Below are positions 10,674 to 22,184 of a stretch of 64,000 nt of DNA, in pieces. Source of the DNA: Gonapodya sp. JEL0774. Lineage: Eukaryota. The position numbers and the translations under genes were made by a program. The stretch is from the NCBI GenBank assembly GCA_027604505.1, contig JADIIX010000084.1, forward strand, positions 1 through 64,000, written 5' to 3'. The notes under the pieces are model-generated. The model saw only the letters and a program-made list of their open reading frames with translations, was not told the DNA's origin and ran no database searches. Position 1 is the first letter of the stretch. Each line of letters opens with the position of its first letter.

Positions 10674-12832
10674 TCAGCAAGTGCCCTTTCTCTTCACACC
10701 TGCCATCCTCTCGCAAACTAAACACGGCATCTGGAAAAAGCTGTTTGCCCACACACGGCTGAGCCACTGATCGTTCAGGGGTCGCTCCTTCCAGGCAAAG
10801 TACCGGGCGTACAAGGTCGAATTGCGATGGAGCAGCCGGAGATGGTCTGAGCGGAGCACAAGAGTACCAGATAAAATACAACAATTGAGTGTTGGGCAAC
10901 CTTCCCTGACCCTCACCTGCTAGCTTCTCGATCCCGTGCATTCTCCCCCCCACACCATCTCCAGATCCAGATCCTGCTCCAAACGCTCTGGCATCTACCC
11001 ATGCTTCCAGACCATCCGCCGCGGGCTTTTCAGCAAATGTTTGATATAGTTTTCGTTCAACAACTAAACAGCGAGTTAAAAATTCCACGACATATCACGC
11101 ACAGAATACTCCGACAGCGAGTTTGGAGCACCCAAGTACACAGGTAAAGTCTGTGCCCGGAGTGGATCAAAGAGCTTCTCGGTTACATAGTCAGGTTCCA
11201 AAGTATTGTCAATAGCGAGTGTAAACTGGAGTACGATGGCGAAGAGATGTCAGACGGGATGCTCATGTGCACGCCAGTGGATGCGTGCGAACAAAATATT
11301 TAATTCACCCACCTTGAACTTCTGCATGAGACACATCTTGCTCTTTCGCATTTCAGGGTGCCCGCCATTGATAGACTGCTCGTTGATGCACTCGGGAAAG
11401 AGAGTATTCGCATTTTGGGTTGTGATACAACGACTGAAAAGGGCGGAATGTTATGTCACATGGTTTGCATGCATCAAAGCCCTTCAATCTTGCTCGAAGA
11501 ACTACTGGCCACCAACTTACCCGGTACTGACCACAGCAATTCCTTGGGCCATCAGTCGTTTTACCCATTCGTCTCGCCACCATTCGCATCTCGTGCTCAT
11601 ATACAGCACAACGGGCGTTTCTCTGTTTCCTGTATAACTTTCAGCAAAACGCATTTGCTCCAGTTCCGTAGGGTGATCGTACTTGGAGAAAGTCGTTTGA
11701 AAGTCAGAGGGGACGTGATCGGGGTATGTGACGTGGATAATGTGCCCAGGTGGAGGTATGTCTGGGAATATGTTTGCTGGGTTGTTGATTGTAACAATAT
11801 AGCTGTAGGACGAGGGATTCCGAGTCAAAGCTGGCCAGCCTTGAGGTTCCATACCAAACCTGAAACGAAGGATGAGGGGATGGAGGTAAGTGTCGAGGAG
11901 GGAGGGTATGAGATGGGCATCATGATACAAAATCACGGACTGTCATCTCTAAGAAGGCATTCCAGTACGCTGAAAACCCTCACCAAACAGTAGTCTCGTG
12001 GAAAGATGACAGACATGTGTTTAGACAGGAGGATTCGGAGATTGAGGAGGAGCGAATTGTACTCACTTTCGAACCCCCTTCATCACCGTGAGGCGGCTGA
12101 CCTCCGCCGTTCGTGTACAACCATGCGTCCGCTGTTCGAACAATATCCGAATTGCCTTTAGAGAGCTCCTCATCTTCCCTTCGCAAGTGGCACTGAATAC
12201 TGCAACCACAAGTGTGGGTGCGAAATATGGAAGGATGCTTTTGAGATGCAAAATTGAATCAGTTTCCATTCAAACCACATCAAAAACGTCTCCCAGTGGT
12301 TCAACTAGCACACCTGGGACATCCAATCGACGCCTCTCATGAGGAGTGTGATGTCAATCCCCCGAGTCGCTGGTTCGTCGCCCACGACGCACTGAAAATC
12401 ATTGGGTCGCTCGAAAACAGCAGATTCATTGTCTGTGTAGTTGTGTATCCGTCGCGGGTGGCAGTCGCGCACTGCACCGTCAAGAACGCTGATCCCAGTC
12501 GATACATGAGACTTTGTTCGGTTGATGCCCGAGGACTTGTCCTTATCAGACACAGCTAGCCCAGAGTTCATGCTAATTGCTTCATTGATTTCGGTTTCTC
12601 TGTTGAATACTCTTCTCCTGACGCTATGATGGAACGCAGTGACAGAAAGGGAGAACCCAACGGCGAACGCGACAGCTGAGACAAGAAGCTTCAGCTTTCG
12701 ACGGCTTCCAAGTGAAGCTGAACTCCCTGAGTACGTGGGAGATGATGGTGATGTTAGAAGCGCTCGAAATCCCATGAGTGATACGTCTAGAATGGTTGCA
12801 GCAAATGTATTTATTCCACTTGACCCCAACAT
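10674..12832 (-). CDS. GT10-family alpha-1,3/4-fucosyltransferase, type II membrane protein
   Basis: Manual translation of 11330-11105 gives ..LMQKFK|FTLAIDNTLEPDYVTEKLFDPLRAQTLPVYLGAPN, the GT10 alpha3-FucT motif. There is a C-terminal LYARYFAWK and an N-terminal TM segment LLVSAVAFAVGFSLSVTAF. Confidence 0.85.
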
Positions 12833-13128
12833 GACACAAAATCAACTTTCTATATATCTCCGTATCTCCGTGGGACAAAGACGGCGAATTTATTTTTCTT
12901 TACGCGGCTACTCTTCTGTCATAATGTCCAACGTCTTCATAAATGCCCTCTCACGTGTCTCAGAAACCATTCCGTCATCAAATGGTTGACTTCAAAACCT
13001 ATTCGGTAAGAGACTGCTATGGTAAATGTTAATGCCTTGACTGCTTCGTGTGAATGCAAATGATTGACAGTTGTCTAATCGATTCGAACAAAGATTAGCT
13101 GCCAGAGGCTACTCTGCAAAGGAGCGAT

Positions 13129-14169
13129 TTAAAAGGCGAGGAGGGCTTGATGGCCGCTTCACGATAGAGGATATTCGTTTAAAGTCTTCAAGGCCAATTA
13201 ACCCATCCTAGTATGGGAACCATCTTGTGAGGTCAGGGAGCACATCGGAGGTTCTCCCCAGAGTTCATAACTCACAGAATCCCGGTCAAAGGTTCGAATA
13301 ATGCATGTAACATCCGATTTATGAGGCATACTAAACTCACTCATCTCAGAAGCGATTGGTATGAAAGCTTCGCGTGGAATGGAGCCAGGTTGATGTTGGG
13401 GGGTTGCACCGCTCTGTCGCCTCCCAGCTGAGGGGTTGACTTGTAGAAGCATCATGGAACCGCGGGTGGTGGTATGCTCAATTTCTGTTGAAGGGCGGTT
13501 TGCATTGCTTGCAAAAATCTACACCAAGGAACACCGCTCTATCTCATCTTTGATACCCCTGGAATCAAGAACAGGTTTCTTTCCACACACCTCCAGTGCT
13601 TCCTCATATGTTCCTCGATTCTGAGATCCCAGGACCAGGGGGGTGGTTCCGAACGATTGCTTTTTGCACAGCAATTGTCTAAGCGAGTCCACAGTCTGTG
13701 TGTTGCCAGGACCCCGACGATTTGCCGAGTTTACTCCTCTAGCATCAATACTTCGATTGGAAGGCTTCATTGTAGAGTCGGAAGGGTCACCGTCTGTACC
13801 AACTCCCTCAGAGTACGCCGACGAACCAAGCAGCCCCAGAGCTTTCATTTCACGAGAGGTGAGGTATGGAAAGAAAGGCAGCAGCTTTTTGTTGATATCA
13901 TCGCTAGTGATGGTCTTGCCATCTGATGATAGAAACCGAACAGCCAGTTCAATATCCGACTCGAGAGCAGGAATACCTGCCGGTCCTCTTCTATTGTCAG
14001 ACGATGCGCGCTTAACGGAGCTCCCTTGTTGTCCGGAGCGCCCTGTAAAAGTCGATGGGTCTGCAGTGAGAGTCGACGGTGCTGCCAGCACACGTGCAGA
14101 GTCCCCTTCGACAGGTACCACAGCTGTGATATTGATTGCAAGATTTCCATGCAGTGAGGAAGCTGCCAT
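13129..14169 (-). CDS. Divergent EF-hand-like protein
   Basis: DIELAVRFLSSDGKTITSDDINKKLLPFFPYLTSREMKAL...TVDSLRQLL...YEEALE; C-terminal DVTCIIRTFDRDS...IGLEDFKRI resembles a terminal EF hand. Exon structure is only partly resolved. Confidence 0.5.
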
Positions 14170-14327
14170 CCTGGTAGGCGCAACCGATCAGTCGGTTGTG
14201 GTTGCTTGCCCTTCCATGGTTCTGCCCACGCCCGCATCCCATTAGCCTTGATACAGCCCATTTTATCACACGAGATCAATCGTGAGTTGGGACATCGGGA
14301 AACTATCTCTATATCACTGTTGCTATG

Positions 14328-17300
14328 CTAAGAAGTATCACCCACTGCGCTTGCTTCAATGTTTTGGTTTTTCAGGTCGTCTTCATTTCTCTTCATCTTC
14401 TTATTATTCTCACGCAAAGCTTCTCGTGCAACTTGCTTTATTTGCTCGTTTTCAATTAGTCTCCAAACTGTGTTAGAAAGGTCGATCAGGCTTCACTCAA
14501 CTCGATCTTACACTCAAACCACTCACAGTCGGGAAGGATGGCCTCTTCCGTTGGAAGAAGGTGCAGTCGTCCTGAGCAAAAAAATTCTTTTTGTAATGCC
14601 AAAACCTCTCTAAACCTTTTCTATATTTACCCTGGAGGACAAAGTAGGCACCCGAAATGGAAAGCTTGATAATGAGAAACACCACAGTAAGCTATTCAAA
14701 TGCAGGAATGAGATTCTCGCGGTGGAATTTGCGTTAGTGCATGGAGACATACTTGGAAGTTCCAAGAGGTTGAGAGACCAGTTCCCAACATCAATGCGCT
14801 CAACAGAATGACCACGAGGGCACCAAGTATCCCCAATGGCGCTCGAACAGGACGTGGGACTCTTGGGTGCCTAAACCTGAACACCATAAAGCAGACCCCG
14901 ATACCGATGTATGTGACGCATCCTGAAACTACTGTCAGATCGAGCAACACCGCCGCAGAAGCTTTCCCACCACAGCGACGTCAATAATCCTTCACTTGAA
15001 GATATTAGTACCGCAGCACACTTACTTAGACCCGATCCATGCCAATTTCTTGTATAAATCACGAACAGGCTGTTTGTCGTGAGGTGATGTTTAGCAATAA
15101 TCATTGTTATTTTCACAACTCCCGCTGCTCACGCCATGAGATAAGCATACGCGGCAGTAAAATAAGTTGCACGTGTAGGTACTTGATCTGGGTTATCTGA
15201 TGAAAGCATTGTCGTTGCAATTAAAGTAAATTGATTGAAGTCGACATGTAAACCGCACCTTCGGTGATCGCGAGGAAGTTAGGAAGGAAGCCAGCGCGTG
15301 AGAGGGCCCATGTCTGTCTACTCGAGCACCACAGCATGCCAATTAGATTTGCGAGATATGCGGGAAGCTGCCAAAATATGAGTCCTCGACGAGCCTCCTC
15401 TCCAAAGAACGAAACGAGGACTTCAACCTTGATCCACCAAATGCCAGTGAGAAACGGTGTGAGTTGGTTTAAAGTAGTACCAACTGACCATAGGATAGCT
15501 ACTAGATGCCAAAGTATAGGCTGGTGTTTGTTTTGTGATGCATGAATAGACATGTTCGGGTCATTTCCTTGGTCTCGAAACTCACCTCCTGGGGCCACTA
15601 AGACACAAAAAATGTTCAAAGTAACAGCAAAAGCAAGTAAAGTGCCCCAACTAGTCCAAAGAGCTCTCCTAACGTCTCGTACTGGATGTTGAGACTCCTT
15701 TTTGCAAATGCGCAATCATGGAGATGCATTCAGCTTCCCGCAAGACAAAGCTATATCCTACCTTTGTTGCCAGTGAGACACACTCAAATCCAGTGAACCA
15801 CCATGCAGCATCTAAAGGATCCTAAAGTTGATAAGCCACTATTCTGAAACGTAATCACGCACTATTCAACGGCACGAACCTGGCATAGCCATCAGGACAC
15901 CTTTTCCAGCATTTATAAACCACGAAAGAGTACAACTTGCAGGTAGAGGTGTCATGGGAGTACTACATCCGATTGCGTCTCCTGCAGCATTCACAATGGC
16001 GTTTTTGCACACACACTGATCCCCAGGTGGTACGCTAAATGAAAAGCTCGAAGACGCGAACCACTTATCGAATCGAGTAGCAGCAATGATGGAAAAAACA
16101 AAGATCTGTGGCGATCGGAGCGGACTTAGGGAGTCTGACCTTTTAACCTCATGATCCAAAGGACGAACCTGTGCTGCCACCAAACCTTTTTACAGTGCAC
16201 AAAAAAAAGCAGGTTACATACAATGCACGAAGGGTCGTAGCACTTCTGTCAGACGCACCAGTCAAACCGAGCATCAGAGTCCAAGCTACGTTGTTTTTTT
16301 GATTGACGAGGTAAACTGCGAGTGGATTTGTGTCTCCGCAACGACTCAAATAAATACGCTCAATACAGCGAGACACTCACTCGCTGGAATCAAGTACAGT
16401 AGCCAGAGCAAAGGACCCCATTTTTGTTCGTCCACATTCTATTGAGTAGAAAATTCCAATAATCAACCACCCCACCCGTGCCATTCTTGGTCAGAACACT
16501 TACCAGTACTTCCGCCGCATAATCCCCAAATCCGACCAGCAACAAGCTCACGAACATGCAATATTCCAGATTTTCACTGTTACCCACCAAAAACGCGGGC
16601 CAATTCCCTGAGAAACGAAATAACGATGCCGACATTGAAGCTTTCAACTCCCAAGTTCTCCACATTCACACACCCAAAACTGCCCGGACGTATGCAAAAA
16701 CTCCCCCCGGAAGGGGAATAGCGGCAGATAACTCGCTGATTGAGCTGGCGAGACCCGCATACAAACTTGCCGCTAAAACGGTGGATATCCAAAATCCTCC
16801 GTAACCGCTGGGAAAAAACATCACACAACATTTTCAGTCACGAACAATCACGATGACTGAGCGAAAAGCCTCTTACGCGACTCTGATACCATTATTCCAA
16901 CCAGCAAATTCGCCCGTGATTACTGCTGATACGCCGAGGGCAACCAAGTGATACCATTCAACTCGATGGCGTGGCGGAGATCGTCGCTCCATGTAGATTT
17001 TCCATCGTTCTGAAGGAACTATGAGGGTCCAGCTAAGTCGTAAAATTGATTCCTCAGTCACCTACCTTCAACTGTAGTCGTACTATCTGGATATACGTCA
17101 TGCACGATCTGGTAGACAGAGATCGAGATTCAGATACACGTGATGCACCGCGAGCCATACCACAACAGAATGTAAGAGAGGGATTCACAACGCCATAATG
17201 CTCGGAGGAATGCTCACCACCCGGTGGTAATACGCGTAAACAGAACCTTGCAGTGTCTGAAGCCAGCTAGGCTGATCAATATCAGCCGGTTTCGCAGGTG

Positions 17301-17500
17301 AAATACCAGTGTCAGTCGCAGTGAAGGACCTTATTCGACCCTTTTTCCTTTCTTGTCGGGGAGAGCCTCGCGTAGCTCCTTGCTGAGCGTCTGCTGCGCT
17401 CGAAGGAGCTAGTTTCCCTCTTCCGGGGACCGCTCGCTCTGGGTCACTATACGCTGACGCCGACGAGCGTCGTCGCTGTGCAATCTTTTCCGAAAAGATG
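14328..17500 (-). CDS. APC-superfamily amino acid/amine permease, ethanolamine permease (Eat)-like; 5' end approximate
   Basis: WYHLVALGVSAVITGEFAGWNNG; GYGGFWISTVLAASLYAGLASSISELSAAIPLPGGVFAYVRAVLG; FLVGNSENLEY; SSRQTWALSRAGFLPNFLA; FRFRHPRVPRPVRAPLGILGA. Many TM segments. Confidence 0.85.
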
Positions 17501-17509
17501 TAAGAGCGC

Positions 17510-17532
17510 TGTGTGTGTGTGTGTGTGTGTGT
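17510..17532. repeat. (TG)n microsatellite
   Basis: About 11 GT units. Confidence 0.9.
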
Positions 17533-18305
17533 CCCAGCTTTCGATTCTCCGAGTACCCACAGATTCTGTCACCACATCTGTGAAAAAAAACTAGGTCCCA
17601 TTGGGGCAAATTAGTAAAGCCAAAGAACATAATTAAGTGACTAACTTACATTGTTCTGCTTGCGAATATTATCCATCGCTGTTTGAGGGAGTCTTGAGAG
17701 CATATGATCAAGGACCACCTGTCCATCTTGTTCCCCAAAATTTGACAGCTGCACAGGCACAGCGACTCCACTCTGCTGAGATTTGAAAGATTGCACCTGT
17801 GATCTCATCGAATCGCAGTTTGGTCATTGATGAGGGCGGTCAGTTGGCAGAGGTGATGAGTGGAGACTTGATTGCAGCATCTCACATCCACATCAGCTGG
17901 TTGATTCCCTGCTCCGTCAAAAAGTTGACGATCGGCGGTCATGGCAAGATTATTGTTGAGGATGAAAAGATTTTGGTTCCCCGTCACCGGCTGTGCTGAT
18001 GGATCCTCATCGCTTTCGATCAGGCGGTGTCGTTTCTACCTTCATCAGGCTGGGTATCACGTCAAGTTTCGGCTGTCCGACCCGGGTGCCACCAAGGTTC
18101 CCCGCGTAATAGTGACTACTATTGAGGGTCCCTTGCAAAATATGGACCTCATGTTCAATTTGACCCATCATGAGTGCCCGCGTGTATCAGCCACAGTTTT
18201 GGGGAAAATGACTCCAGGACACAATCCGCAATCGTATATAAATGCTGGGCTGTAATAAACCTCTACGGGTCGAGTTTCAACCCTGGCAATGTTCAGAGCT
18301 AGCAA

Positions 18306-19585
18306 CTATTGCTCTTTCCTCTTCAAAGTGTATGTGCCTCTCTCCTCATTCAACACCATAACAAGATTCCCACGCTTCTGCGGAGACGTATAGTAAGCTG
18401 TGGTAGCAAAATGATGGATTGATGGTCGTAAGGCGGAAAGGACTACGGATTAGGAATCGACTCGAAGACTCACCAACATCCCTCGGATCTCTCGGCATCT
18501 TGGGCCTTGGTTCCACAGCAAACTTTTCGGGATTGAGCAGAGCCTGCATACCAATGCGGTTGCGGTACTCCGATGTAACAGTCCCACCAAGCTTTTCCAC
18601 GCGGGCGATGGCAGAGAGAGAGGCCCGGGCGACGGTGATTTTTACTTGATGAGTGAATGAGGAAGCACCCTGAATAGTGAATGACAGAAATGAGGGGTAC
18701 ATGCCCACGAAGGAACTGTATTCTCCAAGCCCTGCTCACATCACCAAGCAGCTTCACTCCATCATAGACTCCATGAATGCATCTTGTACGATTGAGTTCC
18801 CGGGCGGTGATAGGCTGATTGGGATCGATTCGGCCGTCATCAATCCACTTTTGGAGTCGAGCGAGGTTAAGGGGAGCATAGCGGCGGTCTTTCCTACAAT
18901 AGAACACAACAAGCGTTGATGAATTAGTTTGGATGAAGGAAAACGGTCTGAAATTGTACCTCTAGGTACACTACATCAACGAACCTTCCCAGTCTGTATC
19001 CGTGTTTTGGTGCAGTCTTGATGAAGTTCGTCTGGCCGCCCTCGAAAGCTGGCGGACCAGGAGTTGCGGCCCCATGTCGTGCCTTCCATCCTTTGTTACC
19101 ACGACCAGAACGCTTCCCACGACCTGAACCAAGTCCCCGACCATAACGCTTGGCCTTGAAAAGTCCAGAGTCCATGATTCATTCCCCCCGGATGGACGTC
19201 GAAGACCGGGTTAGGCGAAGGAAGCCAGAAGAGCACAACATCAATGACGCACCTTTGGTCGTGCTTCCCGTTTGTCACTCAAAGAACTCAGATTGATGAT
19301 TTTGGGGAATGTCGAGGAAGAGGAACTTGTAGATTTTTGTCGCAAATTGGTGGCAGGATGGTGGTTGTGTGCTTGTAGCGGTGACATCAAGCGAGCGAAT
19401 GCGGAATGCGAAGCGAATAGGGGTTTCGGGTTTCCCGAGCGGCTCATGAGGTTATGGGAATAGGTAGTTCGATGTTGTAGTTCAAGCAGTGACCACGGAC
19501 AACGCGGGGGCCGGAGGACGGATCCTGCAGGCGTAACTGAACTGAATTTCCATGTCATGATCCAGCTTGCTGCAGTGCGACGCAT
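18306..19585 (-). CDS. MRPL15: Mitochondrial 54S ribosomal protein uL15m
   Basis: Arg/Ser-rich presequence; [108 protein letters not shown]. Confidence 0.95.
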
Positions 19586-19912
19586 TTTTCTGTCACAAAG
19601 TCAGGTATTATGGTGGACGATGATTTGCTTTGGTCCGATGTTGGGCTTGTGGACGCAATGAAAAGGGGCGGAATCCAAACCGCGCTCTCACGATCGAAGT
19701 GAGTACTGTAATCCGAGCCATCGATCAGGGGAAGCACAAAAAATTTGAGACGAGCGAATGGAGAGCACATCTTATTGTATCCTCCATGGGGTGATGCTCT
19801 TGGGATACGCAGAATTTGGTTCCAACGATTAGCGACTCACAAAACGAATCTTGCGCGCCCACGCTCCGTCCCCTTCCCGCATTTGACCCAAAAATAGATC
19901 TGTGTCCTCACC

Positions 19913-21955
19913 ATGTCTCCTGTTGCTGCTACCATGGATTTAGAGGCGGCTCTGGCTCGTATTGCTATCCTGGAGGCACAGCTCGCTCAACCATCTGCTG
20001 CAAAGCCATCGTCAAACGGACGGGGAACGGAAGCACCAAGACCGCCTCTAACTGCAAATCAAATAGAGCTTCCGGATTATGATGATGAGGAGCCGCCGTT
20101 GGAGCAGACAACCTCAGCAGATGCCTTCGCAACCTTGGAACTCAAATTGTATTCATACAGTTCTCTCACGCCTCGTCACAAGAACACCCTGTTTAAGAGA
20201 CCCGTAATGGATTCATCTGTCATCATGGAGCGTGTCCGGCCCATTATTGACGATGTTCGAACTCGGGGGGATTCAGCGCTTGTGGATGCAACTCGGAAAT
20301 TTGACGGCGTGGACTTGACGGAAACAAAGGACAAACGGTGAGCATCTGCACAATATGTTACTGCGCCTGTGGACCTGCAGAGCTCGATTTCTATGCAAGA
20401 AACTTGCGCGTTGCATTTGTCCCGTTTTCCTTTCTTGATTGTCCTGCGGAAGCGATGGATCGTTGACTCCCGATCCATTTTGTATGCCAAGGTTTGCTTC
20501 AGGCCTTGGTGTTGTCATGAATCGTCCGTACCCCCAGTCCATCATTGACTCAATCCCTGCGGAGACTCGTCAAGCAATCGACGTTGCTTTCAACAACATC
20601 AAAAAGTTCCACGAGTCACAAATCGATTGGGATATATCTTCTGTTCAGACGATGGAAGTGAGTAAAACATGCTCGGTTAGCTGGAGAATGCGTGCCTCTA
20701 TCCACATGCTTGAATGGAACGAGGACGGACCATGATTAATTCGGCTTCCGGACATTTGTTGACATGACAATTATAATTTTCAATGCACATTAGGGTGTTT
20801 CCTGCCACCGATTCGCCACTCCTATTTCCCGAGTGGGACTCTATGTCCCCGGTGGCACCGCCGTCCTCCCTTCCACCGCACTGATGCTCTCGGTACCCGC
20901 TCTGGTAGCCAAAGTCCCGCACGTCGTGCTGGCGACACCACCGCGCAAGGATGGAACCGTTTGCCCCGAGGTGGTTTACGTCGCAGCCAAGGCGAACGTC
21001 CAACAGATTGTTGTTGCCGGTGGTGCGCAAGCTGTAGCTGCAATGGCATACGGTACAGAAACAGTTGCAAAAGTGGATAAGATTTTTGGTCCTGGGAACC
21101 AGTACGTGACAGCAGCTAAGTTGTTGGCACAGGTGAGTATAGGCGTCCCAACTTGTGCTGCGTTTCCGGCTTTCTTAGGATCACCTCGCTTATGCTGCTT
21201 CTCTGCAACAACTTTGCATAATTTTCATGTTTTGTTCACGTCAGAACGATTTCTCCTGCCTCCTTTCGACTGACCTTCCTGCTGGACCTTCGGAGGTCCT
21301 TGTCATCTGCGATTCCACCGTTCCTCCCGCACATGTCGCTCTCGACCTCTTGTCCCAAGCCGAGCATGGTGCGGACTCACAAGCGGTACTTCTCACTGTT
21401 GGTGCCGATGACACTTACGTGAAGAGCGTGATCGCTGCTGTTCAAGAAGAAGGTGCGAAGTTGCCTCGCAATAAGATTCTGAGGGAGAGTATCTCCAAGA
21501 GCTATATTGTCCGCTGCGACACCCTCGAGGAGGCATTCGAATTTTCCAATGGGTACGCACCGGAGCACCTCGTAGTCAACGTCAAGGGTATTGGGGTACC
21601 AGAAGTAGCCAAGCTTGTAAGCAATGCCGGAAGTGTGTTTGTGGGAAGGTGGGCTCCCGTGAGGTAAGTCCATACTTGCTCTCCTCGTTTGGTTTAAGCG
21701 CTACATCTTATGTTCCCCTGTAGCTGCGGTGACTACGCTTCAGGAACCAACCACACCCTCCCGACCTACGGATACGCTCGCTCTTATAGTGGTCTGGGAA
21801 CTGCCGCCTTCGTAAAATATGTAACGCTCCAGTCATTGACATATGGTGGACTCAAAGAGTTGGGGAAATCTGTAATGAGACTGGCTGAAGTAGAGGAGCT
21901 GAAAGCCCACGGAGAGAGCGTGAGAGTTAGAATTGAAGGAGGGGAGTATGAGTAA
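19913..21955 (+). CDS. Histidinol dehydrogenase (HisD domain only)
   Basis: [139 protein letters not shown]. Confidence 0.97.
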
Positions 21956-22184
21956 ATACAGCATATTGTGTCTTTTTTTGAGATTCAGCAGGTGGACGAC
22001 ACCCTAATGCTACACTAAGTCTATCAGGTCTATGTACGTTGGGAAATAAATGCAAGATAATATATGGACACTATATGAATACTTACACACATGCGAAGGG
22101 CGACTCTGGTTTCGTCCGGACTCACAACCTCTGTGACCTACAAAACTCGACGCTCACACCACATGGTGAATGATCTGCACATAC

